Shown here: in pieces, positions 47,599-58,315 of the stretch
Layout of the letters: each line of letters opens with the position of its first letter
Numbering within the stretch: position 1 is the stretch's first letter
Assembly: GCA_000004985.1 (NCBI GenBank)
Contig: GG738848.1
DNA length: 64,000 bases
Strand: one strand, 5' to 3'
Origin: Naegleria gruberi
Lineage: Eukaryota
Translations under genes and position numbers: made by a program
The notes under the pieces: generated by a model
Told to the model about the DNA's origin: nothing
Seen by the model: the letters and a program-made list of their open reading frames with translations, nothing else
Databases searched by the model: none

Positions 47599-48510
47599 TT
47601 ATTTAAATAACACTGTTGGAAGTTCCTTTCGCACAGGTTGGAAATCGAGTGACAAGTTTGCGAATTTAGCACACACTCTTACAATTCGTTGATGTTTCCA
47701 AAGCGCGCCTCTGTATGTTTGCTTTAAAATTGCGAACTTTTTGATTCTTCCAATAATCTGTTCAACAACAACTCTTCCTTTACCTAAGACTTTGTTGTAA
47801 ATTTCGCTTTTTGCCGAAAGTTGTTCACCTTTTGGTGCTTTGTCAGGAGAAATACAAAATTCTGCGTTTTGATAAGCTTTGTCGCCTAATACTCTTTCAT
47901 TTTCAGAGAAATGCTCTTTGTTCGTTTGTAACCATTCATCCCACATCTTCTTATCGTGCTTTCTTCCTGGGAACGCATGCGAAATGTTTGCAATTTTTCC
48001 TGTTACTAAAGTAGTCACAACTTGATATTTGAGTGCATGCATTCTCTTTTTGTAAGAATAATACATTTTTTGCTTTTTCCACAAACCTCTTTTTTGCTCA
48101 CGTGACAACCCTTTCTTTTTTCTTCCTGAAGGGTTTTGAATCCTACATTCCATTCCATCAACAACAGCACGAACACGTTGAAAAACACCACTTGCGCCTT
48201 GATTTTCTTCTTTCAACCGTTCCTCTAACTTTAACTCAGGTAATTTTTCATCAACAATTTCTAAAGTTTTGTCAATATTTTCGAAATAACTTGATCTTGA
48301 TACATTCCAGTAAACATTATGAACCAAACTTTTAGGATAACAATTTAAATATTCCATAAAAATAAGAAACCACATTGGTTTAATATCATCAACTAAGTAA
48401 TCATCGTACACACGTTGTAGAATCCATGGCTTGAAGCCAAATGATGCAATAAATGACTTCACGTTGCCAACACGAAAACGAGCTTTGTACTCTTGAAATA
48501 AAGATCGCAT
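47599..48510 (-). CDS. Harbinger/PIF DDE_Tnp_4 transposase
   Basis: AVVDGMECRIQNP matches the first D. YYSYKKRMHALKYQVV...AFPGRKHDKKMW carries the second D in a PGxxHD motif. VLGDKAYQ is present, and the E lies in VVEQIIGRIKKFAILK. The likely start is the internal Met (MRSLFQEY); the tracked ORF runs to 48615. Confidence 0.8.
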   Translation of the reverse strand: MRSLFQEYKARFRVGNVKSFIASFGFKPWILQRVYDDYLVDDIKPMWFLIFMEYLNCYPKSLVHNVYWNVSRSSYFENIDKTLEIVDEKLPELKLEERLKEENQGASGVFQRVRAVVDGMECRIQNPSGRKKKGLSREQKRGLWKKQKMYYSYKKRMHALKYQVVTTLVTGKIANISHAFPGRKHDKKMWDEWLQTNKEHFSENERVLGDKAYQNAEFCISPDKAPKGEQLSAKSEIYNKVLGKGRVVVEQIIGRIKKFAILKQTYRGALWKHQRIVRVCAKFANLSLDFQPVRKELPTVLFK

Positions 48511-48573
48511 TTTTTCGAAAGTACTTTCGAAATTAATTTCGTTCACTTTCTCATTTTCGAAACTAAAAAAAAA

Positions 48574-49569
48574 ATGGCAAAGAAGAAACAAGCTGTAAAG
48601 GAACCATCTTCGCAAGAAGATGAAGAAGAAAAACCTAAGAAAGCAACCAAAAGATTTAGAGAAGAGGATTATGCTAAATTACAAAAGTATTACTCTGAAC
48701 ATTACGATACTAAAGAGGGAAATCAAGAAGATGTCTTCCGTTCGTTTGGCAAGTTGCATGGTTATTCCGTATCGCAAGTTCAACGTGCACATTACAGAAA
48801 ACAAAAAAAAAGTAATAACAAAAAGAAGAAAAGCAAAACTTCTGATAATGTAGAAAAACAAGAATTTGAGGACAGATTCACAATTTATGCACAAGAAATG
48901 GATGATGAAGAAAATAAGAAGAAGAAAAGAAAAACCGACACCAATCATGAACCGAAAGCAGATGATGAAGATAGCGAACATTCATACGAGACTGAGTCAT
49001 ATGAAACCGATTATTTATCCGATGAAATGATTGTGCGCACACCTTCGAAATTAACAAAAACAGTCAATATCAACGATGAGACAACATCTTTATTTCGTCC
49101 CTACAGATTCGAAAACGCTTCCTATTGTTTTTTTGTCTACAGATACCCAACTTGGACCTCTTTTCTGTTCGATGGTATTGACATGTCAAAGAAAGTGAAG
49201 ACATTTTCCATCATTGTTACAATTCATTCAAGCATTGACAAGAAAGTAATTTCTGATTCTTTCCCGAATTTCGCAAGTGGTTTGGTAGAATTAACTGAAA
49301 GAAAGGATGAAAAATTCACAATTTACGAACCGATTCCGAAAGGTGTTGATGTTAAATCTGTGAAAAGTGGTCTATTCGAATTGCAATTACTAATTGGTGA
49401 TAACAGAGTGTTCATGGTGTTCTTTGAAAAGAAAGTACAAAAGTTCCAACCATCCACAAGTCAAGCTGAGTTTTCGAAATTCTTACTCTCTTCCGGGATG
49501 GCACCAGTTTCTGCCAGAAGTAACACTTTCAGTGCGCCAACACAAGACAAGAAGGATTCTCAAAAGTGA
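48574..49569 (+). CDS. Harbinger-associated Myb/SANT-like DNA-binding protein
   Basis: The N-terminal basic region with KRFREEDYAKLQKYYSEHY...SVSQVQRAHYRKQKK is Myb/SANT/MADF-like. Its position, divergent from the transposase inside the TIRs, is typical of Harbinger. Confidence 0.6.
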   Translation: MAKKKQAVKEPSSQEDEEEKPKKATKRFREEDYAKLQKYYSEHYDTKEGNQEDVFRSFGKLHGYSVSQVQRAHYRKQKKSNNKKKKSKTSDNVEKQEFEDRFTIYAQEMDDEENKKKKRKTDTNHEPKADDEDSEHSYETESYETDYLSDEMIVRTPSKLTKTVNINDETTSLFRPYRFENASYCFFVYRYPTWTSFLFDGIDMSKKVKTFSIIVTIHSSIDKKVISDSFPNFASGLVELTERKDEKFTIYEPIPKGVDVKSVKSGLFELQLLIGDNRVFMVFFEKKVQKFQPSTSQAEFSKFLLSSGMAPVSARSNTFSAPTQDKKDSQK

Positions 49570-49684
49570 CAGAAAGCGAAAAGAGCGACAAAGAAGAAGA
49601 ACAACAAGATCAACCATAAAGCGGCTTTATTAAATGCGTGTACTTTCGATTTTACATATTTACCACGAAAATTCGAAAAAACAG

Positions 49685-49701
49685 GTTTTCGGACAAGGCT
49701 C
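49685..49701. repeat. Right TIR of the Harbinger element
   Basis: GTTTTCGGACAAGGCTC. Confidence 0.8.
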
Positions 49702-49935
49702 AATATCTAGATATTGAATTATAAAACCAAATGGAATCTAATTATTATTCAGATAGTCTCACAGATAAATGATAAATAATAAATATTATTAAACATTCAG
49801 AATCTTGTTAAATAAGCCATATCCTAATCTATTGAGGATGAAAAGAGCACATGAAAGGAGCAAAAATTCCTCACAAGGATGAACCTTTTACAAATACTGA
49901 TAATTGACACTTAACAAAAATCATTGAAAAAAAAA

Positions 49936-50229
49936 ATGTCAACAACAATAGATAGAAGACAAGAACTCGCTGCCAAGGAATCCAGGGCATCAAAGGAAGA
50001 AATTGATACTCTCAAAACTCTCTTTGACAAGCATGACACTAATCATGATGGTAAACTTGACAAGAATGAATTAAAAATTCTCATGAAAACTTTTAATGAA
50101 GAAATGACAATGGCCGATATTGAAGATATGATCAAACAGGCTGATTGGGATGAAGATGGTCACATTGACTGGGAAGAGGTTTGTGTTTATTTTATTCGAA
50201 TGGTTTATTCTAATTATTGTTTCGAATAA
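49936..50229 (+). CDS. Small EF-hand calcium-binding protein. The C-terminus may continue in an unresolved exon
   Basis: Two canonical EF loops are present: DTNHDGKLDKNE and DWDEDGHIDWEE. The ATG has an A-run upstream. A possible GAG|GTTTGT donor lies near 50179. Confidence 0.55.
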   Translation: MSTTIDRRQELAAKESRASKEEIDTLKTLFDKHDTNHDGKLDKNELKILMKTFNEEMTMADIEDMIKQADWDEDGHIDWEEVCVYFIRMVYSNYCFE

Positions 50230-50407
50230 TAACAAATAACAATAACAAATAATATTTTAACATTGGATAACTATTAAAACATCATCATCATCATGGAAAT
50301 ATAGTTCAAATATCAAATGTTGGATTAATTGTAAATAAAATTGTAAGATATTGAAAAATATCAAAAATTCATCTCACAAAATTTATTTAAACCTAAAAAA
50401 CACAAAA

Positions 50408-52225
50408 TTAACATAACTGAAGACACTCCTTTTCAATACAATTCAAAATATCATCTTTCCATTGTATAGCTTCTTCCTCATTTTTGAATCGAATGCAAAG
50501 TTTAGTTTGTTTACATTCGAAATCACCTCTAATGAAAACTAATTCACTACTTTTAGGAGATTCTGATCTGATAGAATGCATAGGAAGTCCATGTCTATTA
50601 ATTTCATCTAGATGGAATTTTAACACTTTCATTTTGAACCATCTGTATTTCCTTGGATATTTAATTAGAAACATGTCATGGAAAAGGAATAATTGACATG
50701 GTGTGATATTTCCGCAATCTCTGATACGTTCTGCCATGAAATAGGAATGGATTACTTTACGTTTGTGAGTTACTAGACCATCCAGTGCTAAATTCTTTGA
50801 AATATCTAGTAATTGTCCTAAATCATTCGAAACTTCCAATTTGGATTTGGAATACTTGTTCAAATCTCGAAGAATTATCACTGATTGACCTAATTTCGCA
50901 TAATTCTCCAAACCAATATAGAATTTGTCAGAAGATTTCAATACCTTTTCACAGAGAGCTGAAATCTTTTCAACAAATTGATTTGGAATTGAGAGAAAGG
51001 ATTCGAATTTCCAAAATATTGTCTTTCTTTCGACTAGTTCCTTTTCTACCTTTCTAATGGCTTGTTTCAACTCTGAAGATTTTCTCTTTTCACTCTTGAA
51101 CACTTGAATGATAGAGAAATATTGATCAAAATAGGAAATGTAATTGGATTGAGTCAATTCGAATAATTGGTGAACTAATTGAATGAAAAATTGTTCCTCT
51201 CCCACCAGAATAATTCCATTCCTTGATAATAACGTCGAAAGCTCACTAATCACCTTTGCATTCTGCTCTGAAATTACCTTTAAATGATCAAATGCCACAT
51301 GTCTTTTCAAACTCACTTCATCACTCACATTTTCAATAACCTTAATGTAATTTTCTTGGAAAATCTGAAGTAATAACTGATACTCTTTCAAGGAACATAG
51401 AAACTGTTTGTAAAGATACTGTCTCTTGTCAAGTAGAACTAGAGAATCCTTGGATGATTTTTGTAAAGTCAACTCGACAGGTTTTGGAGGTGGAATTGGA
51501 ATTGCATTTCGATCCAGAATTTGAGATCTGGAAGAATCTAGTTTGATTTCGGATAATTCTTCAGAAGAAGATCTGATAGTGTCCAATGAAGTGGAAATTT
51601 CACTCACTTCGTCCAATGTTGAGCTTCGAATAGATGAATTTTTGGAACTCAAAGATTGAGAGGAAAGTGGACTAATTATTGATGATGAGGAAGATGCATG
51701 TTTGAGAGATGATGAACTTCCGGTAGAATCTTCATTAATTGGAAAGGAAGAAAGCTTTCTCACTAGATTCGAATCAAGTTTTGGAATTGAATTATTCGAA
51801 TTTTCTTGAATTCCTGCAACTCGAACAATGGAAGATTGATTATTCGAAAGCAAACCTTGCATACTTGATAATAGACTTTCGGAATGTTTCTCAAACAATA
51901 CCTTGTTAAGCAAATTTTCCTTCATTTCCCAAACTTGCTTTTCTAATAACAATATTCGATTCTTTTCCTTCTCAATTTCTAATAACTTTTCAAAGTTATT
52001 ATTTGATTTATCCATTCCATAGTTATGATTCTGGTAATACTTGAACGAATCAAACTGACTTGAAGACGAATTAGATTTGACTAGTGTAATTTTAGGAGAA
52101 TCTATTCGATAGTCACTTGTCTTTCCTTCTCCCTTTCCGAAATCCTGTTGTTTATTCTCCATTCTTCTAAGATCTACTCCCGAGAGCACTCTTTTGTTTT
52201 GAAAATTCATTCTTCCTTTCCACAA
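50408..52225 (-). CDS. Putative Dbl-homology/PH (RhoGEF-like) protein, 605 aa
   Basis: The central ~190 aa has a DH-like helical pattern (LKEYQLLLQIFQENYIKVI, IFWKFESFLSIPNQFVEKI). A C-terminal PH-like segment follows. The call is tentative. Confidence 0.35.
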   Translation of the reverse strand: MWKGRMNFQNKRVLSGVDLRRMENKQQDFGKGEGKTSDYRIDSPKITLVKSNSSSSQFDSFKYYQNHNYGMDKSNNNFEKLLEIEKEKNRILLLEKQVWEMKENLLNKVLFEKHSESLLSSMQGLLSNNQSSIVRVAGIQENSNNSIPKLDSNLVRKLSSFPINEDSTGSSSSLKHASSSSSIISPLSSQSLSSKNSSIRSSTLDEVSEISTSLDTIRSSSEELSEIKLDSSRSQILDRNAIPIPPPKPVELTLQKSSKDSLVLLDKRQYLYKQFLCSLKEYQLLLQIFQENYIKVIENVSDEVSLKRHVAFDHLKVISEQNAKVISELSTLLSRNGIILVGEEQFFIQLVHQLFELTQSNYISYFDQYFSIIQVFKSEKRKSSELKQAIRKVEKELVERKTIFWKFESFLSIPNQFVEKISALCEKVLKSSDKFYIGLENYAKLGQSVIILRDLNKYSKSKLEVSNDLGQLLDISKNLALDGLVTHKRKVIHSYFMAERIRDCGNITPCQLFLFHDMFLIKYPRKYRWFKMKVLKFHLDEINRHGLPMHSIRSESPKSSELVFIRGDFECKQTKLCIRFKNEEEAIQWKDDILNCIEKECLQLC

Positions 52226-52849
52226 TGAAAACTAAACCTATTCGAAAAGATATCCTAATTTGAATATTGTTTCAAATAAAATCATTTACAATAATTAATC
52301 TAAAACCTTACTAGTAATATCAGCGTTTCGTTCAGTCGTTCATAAGGAAAAATTTATGTAAATTTTATCAACTTTCGAACCAAATGTCTGAAATTTCTTT
52401 TTATGAAAATCACGACGTTTGGTTGTGTAGACTGTTTAGGATAAAAATTAAGGTGATTCGAATGGACAGTGGTTCCAATTCATAGTTTAAATATCCCACT
52501 AAACGTTCGATATTCATGATTAGAACTTTCAAATAGTTTTGTTTCCATTAATAGTTAGGACCAAGTTGCCGTCATGAAACAACATTAACCCGTTATCAGT
52601 TTACTGTAGTTTATAATCCAAACGAAAACAGATTAATAATAAACGAAAACAGTTTAACATTGAAATATTGTTGCTTAGATTCTCCATCATCATTTGCCAC
52701 TTGTCTTTCCTTTTTTAAAGAAACAGAGAGCTGAAAGGAGTGAAACAGCCTTAAAGATTATATTTAATGTATGAGCAAGAATAACACAATAGAACAACAC
52801 ATATCATTTTGATTGTTTTAAGGTAATAGAAATTTATCTTTAATTGAGT

Positions 52850-55800
52850 TTATTCATCTTGAGGCTTTTTCACTTTTGCTTCAGTTTTTGATTTAACATT
52901 AACAACATGCTCACTTTCATCATCCACATTTGGCATATCTGGACGATCCTTCTTCTTCCTATTTACATAAACAGGACGTCCATAGATAATTTCTGATAAT
53001 ACTCTAATGACTCTGTCCAAGGATTTCATGAATGGATGACGGAATAAACTGCCAAGGATTTTAAGGAACTTTTGATATTTGTAGGTTTGGATGAAATAGG
53101 AATCGAATACGGAATTCAAAGTTTCCTTTCTCCAACAATCATATAGAGCTTGATAGTTTTGAGCCCATTGAATTCCAAAGTCATCGAGTAATGTCTTGAT
53201 TGAGGAATCCATATATGGATGATAGAATGTTGATTCCTTAAAACATTTCTCAACTATCAAACTTGAACGGATCTTTTTCAAATCCTTGACAATTTGCTCA
53301 ACTTCACGAGTTGCTGCATGTTTGGTGGAAAATCCATTTTCAGCTTTCAAAAGTTTGATGTTTTTGTGTTTGTACAAGTCAATGAGGAAAGAATTCAATT
53401 TGGAAAATTCCAAATCTTGAAGTGGAATAGTTGTCTTGTTAAGACAAATGTTGTGGTTGAGTGTTTGGAGGAAGTGATCAACACTCTTGTAATGACCATC
53501 CATGTTACCACTGAGAGCAGCGAAGGATGAAATGGAAAGGTTGTTTCTAATACAGTGGGATGATAAGTGCTTGATGAGTGGAATATTGTGTAAATCAGAT
53601 TCGAATTCACTTTCGTCCAAGACGAATTTCTTAGTGACTGGTTCATTCACTTGCTGTTCAGATTCAACTGGTTCAGTTTCTTCAACATCAAAAGATTCCC
53701 AATCGTCATCTCCACCTCCAACATTCTCTTCCTTGGTTTCATTTGAACTGTTAGCATTTGATTTCAATATTCTCAACTTTTTGAAATTTCCATGATTACT
53801 CAAAGGCAAATGAACATCCTCCAATTCATCTTGCTTATCTACAGCATAAACAGATGCAAAATTACTAAAGATAGAAAGTGCCATGTCGTTGTGAGATTTT
53901 ACATGCTCAGCCATTTCTCTGAAAATTGATCCCTCTTCCATATTTTCCTCTCCCAATTGAATGGTATGTTTCTTATTAAAATATGATCCCACAACACTTC
54001 TATACATTAAATAGGTGACTATCTTTAACAATAACAAATCTTGTTCAGTATCACTGTAAACTTGCTTAAACTGTTCAAAGAATTTGAATTTCACTAAATG
54101 TGGAATTGTGAATGCCTTCTCATTGAGATAGAATAAATGAGTTACCAATCCACTCAAACTCAAAGGTTCACAATTTCCATTCAAAAACTCAGTTTGGAAA
54201 AGGTACTCAGAATTGAAAAGGAATAAATGTTTCATCTGCTTGGCAGCTCTATCGACCAAATTCTTATCCAATGAGAAGAGAGGTTTATCTAACAATCTCT
54301 TGATTCCTTCCTCGATTGAGGAATTGTTTCCTTGTTGAGATAAACTGGAGAATAATCTGAGAGTGAAACTTGTTGGGAAACCTTGAGATCCATTGACAAG
54401 GACTGGAGGGGAGAGGAGGTATCTTCTTTGCAATGGAGTATTGAATCCACACAGAATGACTCTTCCCTTATTATCAAATCCTCTTCTACCAGCTCTACCA
54501 CAAGCTTGTTTGAATAAACTATTTGAATAGAAAGGTGAGAAACCACAAATTACTACAGTCTTACAAGGCATGTTAACACCCAAAGCTAAAGTTGAAGTGG
54601 AGAAAATAAGTGGAATATCTCCAATTCTAAACAATCTTTCAACTTCAATTTGATAATTTTCGTCCATAGCTGCATAGTGACATGCCAAACCAACTTTTAA
54701 TGCTCTAAAGTGTAGTTCTTCAACTTCAAAGTCACAGTTTCCCTCTTCAATGGATGAAACAAGTTGTGAGATTGTTTTTGGGATTTTCCCATCTTTCCAC
54801 AAGTTAGTTTGGTTAGTTTCTAAATAATTGACAAGATATTCTAAATAATCATTGATCAGAGTTCTGTTGAATGCAAAGGAAATAGAAGGGAGCATGTTTT
54901 CATTCTTCATTTGCATGACAAGGTTGATAATTTCCTCTTCGTGAAGCTTCTCTGATCTTTCGGTTGTTGAAATAAGCGATAAATGGTAAAAGTGTTGAAT
55001 AATCTTGCAGATATTATCATGATTATTATCGTCTTGTCCCTTTTCAATCAAATATTCATGAACCTTTCTTCTATAATTAATGGAATCTGCCCATTTGAAT
55101 GGTTCTAACAAATCTGATTTCAAACCAATCTGTACAATCTCTGTAAACCATGAAGGTATTTCCTTCTCTAAATATTGAGTCAATTCGAGGCATTCCTTCA
55201 TGGACATACCATTCAACAACTCCAATTCTTGTTTCAAATTATTTACATTTACCAAAGCCAAAGGATGGACATGGATACACTTGCCTTCATTATCGTTATT
55301 AAAATTATAATATTCCAAAGGATTGAAACGTTTGTAATCTTCAAGATGGACAGTTTCAACAATTTGTCTCTTTCCATGTTTCATCCATTCTGCCAATTCA
55401 TTTCTGTTATCCAAAGTTGCAGATAAACCAAGAATTGGGCAATCCAGGAATTGAATAATATGTTCATAGTATTGAGACTGATCACCATCAAAAGCTGAGT
55501 GGATTTCGTCGATAATTAAATACTTGATCCTTGATTTCCAATTATTTTCCTGACTGCTCATCAAATAAATTTCCAACATGGCAGGTGTGATAATTAATAC
55601 TTGAGAAGTGAATTCATTAATTCTCTTGGAAGCTGTTGCCATGCCTACAAGATTATTTCTTTCAAATCGACTGGAAATTTCACAATAAATTTGGTTGACC
55701 AATGCTTTGGTTGGAACAATGAAGCAAATAACATCTGTTGAAGATTCTCTCAATACTTTCTCGATTAAATAGAAGCAAATGAATGTTTTACCTTGTGAGG

Positions 55801-57976
55801 TAGGTACATTACATAAAACTGAGACATTTTCCTTGTTGACATGGTTGATGAGTTCTTCTTGCCACTCATCAGGAATAAAGTCCATATCTTCTCTCATTCT
55901 TTGACGAATCTTGAAAGCTCTGTATTCCTCTGGTGTCATTCTACTTAAATCTGTATCATCTTCAAGTGCATTCAATACTCGTTGCAAGGAAAATTGTTGA
56001 GGATGTGGAATGAAAAAGGAATTCAATTCACAAGTTTCCTTGTACATTTGAATAATGTCAATAGAATCCTTTTCACTTCTTTGTTTCAATTTCAAAGACT
56101 TTCTTTGGATAATTTCATTTCCAGATGAGAAGAGCTTGAATCTGAAGCATTCATTGACAAGCTTTTCAAATAAAATACCAACCTTGACCTTTGGCAAGTT
56201 TAAGGAATATTCTTCAAGGAACGAGTAGATGAATCTAACCCAAATACCAACTTGAATTAAATCGTCCTTGTTGGCTTGAATTAATTCCAATTGAGCAAAT
56301 AAAGTCAAGGAAAGCAACTCAAAAACTTGCTTGATTCCATTATCAACATCTGAAGCTTCAGTCTTAACAATCTTTCTTTCCAATCTCTTCAAATAAACAA
56401 GTTCTTCGAATATGCTACTTGACAAAGCCAACATGGCTTTGGAAGAATTGATCTGTGACATTTCTTCTTTCCATCCATCAATTCTCTTTGGTAGAGTAGC
56501 TTTAAAGTAGTTAGCTTTCTTTTGAACTGTTTTGATTTCTTCCTTGATATCCTTAGATGTGTATTGCTCAGCAACAACAACTCTCTTCTTTGGTCTATCA
56601 AAAGATGCAATTAATTTGGCAAGTGAAGTTGATGTTTCATCAGATTTTCTAGGTTCTGGAACTGATGAAATCTTTTCAGTGTTGTGGTAATGATATTCAT
56701 CTTTGAAAACTTTCTTGTTGGAGTTTCTTTCAATAATAGATTCTGGAATGTCAAATAACTCGCTCATGAAACGATTGCTGATTGGTAAAACTTGATGATC
56801 GTTCTCGAATTCATATTGGAATGAGGAAGAGGTTGGAATTTGTTGCATGGTTTCTAATAAATTGGCCTGGCTTTCACCTAATCCTAATCTAGAAACAATT
56901 TCCTTATATTGGCTTTGAAGATGCTCTGGAAGAGTAAATTCATTTTGCTTTGTTTGAATCATCCAAAGCAAGATTGAGTGTGCCAATCTACCATCCAACA
57001 AATCATCACTTCCTTCAATATAATCTTCATGATGATAAGCAATTTCGAACAACTTTCCATAAAATCTTTGAATAAACTCATTCAATTCAGCAACTGCAAA
57101 GTCAACTTTTTGATATCTATAATTGAGTGGCAAGTATCCTTGCAATAATTTAGTAATCACTATAACCTTGGCAAGTAAATGATCCAAATTACTGGACAAG
57201 CTATCAGTAATTGCTTTTTCGAACAGTTGGATGACTGACATTTTACCAATTTCCATAGGAGTAGAATTAATTACAAGACCGTCAATATCAAAAGTGATTC
57301 TTCTTCTTTCTTTAGTTCTTAAGTAAAACATTCTTCCATTAATTGCTGAACCTTCTCCTGTAATACCAGAAACCAATGGAATTGAACAATAATTCAACAG
57401 TAAGGCCAACAAGTCTCTATTGTAAGATGATATTACAATAGAATTAACATTCACACTTTCGCTTAACTTTCTAAACTCTTCAAAATTTTCATAAATATTT
57501 TCATGCATTACAAAACAGGAATGTCTCTTTTTAAGTTCTGGATTTTCATCAATGGACTTTTTCAAGTGGTAGAATAACAAGTGACGAAGCAATCTCTTGG
57601 AATTCAATTCTTCCTTTCCTCTGGCAATTGGATCATTACCTTTCAGATAAAGTAATTGAAAACCAACTCCACTCTTTCTCCATTCTCTCAATTTAGCTTC
57701 ACAATAAAAGAACATATGAAGCCATTGACCACCATGATCATTCCAATCAATACCACTTATTTCGCTTTCATAAATTGCTTGATCAATTAAACTATCAATA
57801 TCGACCAATACAAAGCTCGAACCACACTCATCCAAGAATCGAACATTTCTCTCGCCAATGACGCCAAAAACATCCTTTCTATCTTGATTATTGCCATTTC
57901 CTTCATAATCATGATCCTTAATTTTCTGAGCATCTTCCGAAGGTTGTTGTTGATTATTATTATGATTGGGTAACAT
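52850..57976 (-). CDS. Large DExH-box superfamily-2 RNA helicase, DDX60/Ski2-like, 1708 aa in a single exon
   Basis: Motif I is NVPTSQGKTF, motif II is LIIDEIHS (DEIH), motif III is GLSATLDN (SAT) and motif VI is QACGRAGRRG. Its size and long N- and C-terminal extensions resemble DDX60. Confidence 0.85.
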   Translation of the reverse strand: MLPNHNNNQQQPSEDAQKIKDHDYEGNGNNQDRKDVFGVIGERNVRFLDECGSSFVLVDIDSLIDQAIYESEISGIDWNDHGGQWLHMFFYCEAKLREWRKSGVGFQLLYLKGNDPIARGKEELNSKRLLRHLLFYHLKKSIDENPELKKRHSCFVMHENIYENFEEFRKLSESVNVNSIVISSYNRDLLALLLNYCSIPLVSGITGEGSAINGRMFYLRTKERRRITFDIDGLVINSTPMEIGKMSVIQLFEKAITDSLSSNLDHLLAKVIVITKLLQGYLPLNYRYQKVDFAVAELNEFIQRFYGKLFEIAYHHEDYIEGSDDLLDGRLAHSILLWMIQTKQNEFTLPEHLQSQYKEIVSRLGLGESQANLLETMQQIPTSSSFQYEFENDHQVLPISNRFMSELFDIPESIIERNSNKKVFKDEYHYHNTEKISSVPEPRKSDETSTSLAKLIASFDRPKKRVVVAEQYTSKDIKEEIKTVQKKANYFKATLPKRIDGWKEEMSQINSSKAMLALSSSIFEELVYLKRLERKIVKTEASDVDNGIKQVFELLSLTLFAQLELIQANKDDLIQVGIWVRFIYSFLEEYSLNLPKVKVGILFEKLVNECFRFKLFSSGNEIIQRKSLKLKQRSEKDSIDIIQMYKETCELNSFFIPHPQQFSLQRVLNALEDDTDLSRMTPEEYRAFKIRQRMREDMDFIPDEWQEELINHVNKENVSVLCNVPTSQGKTFICFYLIEKVLRESSTDVICFIVPTKALVNQIYCEISSRFERNNLVGMATASKRINEFTSQVLIITPAMLEIYLMSSQENNWKSRIKYLIIDEIHSAFDGDQSQYYEHIIQFLDCPILGLSATLDNRNELAEWMKHGKRQIVETVHLEDYKRFNPLEYYNFNNDNEGKCIHVHPLALVNVNNLKQELELLNGMSMKECLELTQYLEKEIPSWFTEIVQIGLKSDLLEPFKWADSINYRRKVHEYLIEKGQDDNNHDNICKIIQHFYHLSLISTTERSEKLHEEEIINLVMQMKNENMLPSISFAFNRTLINDYLEYLVNYLETNQTNLWKDGKIPKTISQLVSSIEEGNCDFEVEELHFRALKVGLACHYAAMDENYQIEVERLFRIGDIPLIFSTSTLALGVNMPCKTVVICGFSPFYSNSLFKQACGRAGRRGFDNKGRVILCGFNTPLQRRYLLSPPVLVNGSQGFPTSFTLRLFSSLSQQGNNSSIEEGIKRLLDKPLFSLDKNLVDRAAKQMKHLFLFNSEYLFQTEFLNGNCEPLSLSGLVTHLFYLNEKAFTIPHLVKFKFFEQFKQVYSDTEQDLLLLKIVTYLMYRSVVGSYFNKKHTIQLGEENMEEGSIFREMAEHVKSHNDMALSIFSNFASVYAVDKQDELEDVHLPLSNHGNFKKLRILKSNANSSNETKEENVGGGDDDWESFDVEETEPVESEQQVNEPVTKKFVLDESEFESDLHNIPLIKHLSSHCIRNNLSISSFAALSGNMDGHYKSVDHFLQTLNHNICLNKTTIPLQDLEFSKLNSFLIDLYKHKNIKLLKAENGFSTKHAATREVEQIVKDLKKIRSSLIVEKCFKESTFYHPYMDSSIKTLLDDFGIQWAQNYQALYDCWRKETLNSVFDSYFIQTYKYQKFLKILGSLFRHPFMKSLDRVIRVLSEIIYGRPVYVNRKKKDRPDMPNVDDESEHVVNVKSKTEAKVKKPQDE

Positions 57977-58030
57977 TTTCAGTACTATTCTTTTTGAATA
58001 TTTTATAATTTGTATTATTAATTATTTAAT

Positions 58031-58048
58031 TTGTTGTTGTTGTTGTTG
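58031..58048. repeat. (TTG)6 microsatellite immediately upstream of the helicase start codon
   Basis: ttgttgttgttgttgttg. Confidence 0.9.
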
Positions 58049-58315
58049 TATTTTTTTTAAAGTGAATAAATCGAGTGTTTGCTTTTTTTTGAATATTCAG
58101 AGATATTTTTAGCTTAGGAATTCATTTCAATGAAGAGTTTGAATCAAAAATAAAAAATTCGGATCATTGATGGATTGGATGAATTTTGAGATTGAAAAAC
58201 GAGGTCCCTCTAACATGGTGGCATCTATTTATGTTGTAGCTGGAATTACTTGAATATTTACACTCACAATTCAAATGGTTTATTTCAAAATCGAATGGAT
58301 ATTAATATCATAATA

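Larger units (their letters stand above)
47518..49701. mobile_element. Harbinger/PIF-superfamily DNA transposon, apparently intact (2184 bp)
   Basis: 17-bp perfect terminal inverted repeats GAGCCTTGTCCGAAAAC (47518-47534) and GTTTTCGGACAAGGCTC (49685-49701). These are flanked by a direct AAT at 47515-47517 and 49702-49704, which fits a 3-bp TSD. The element encodes a DDE_Tnp_4 transposase and a Myb/SANT-like protein on divergent strands. Confidence 0.8.
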
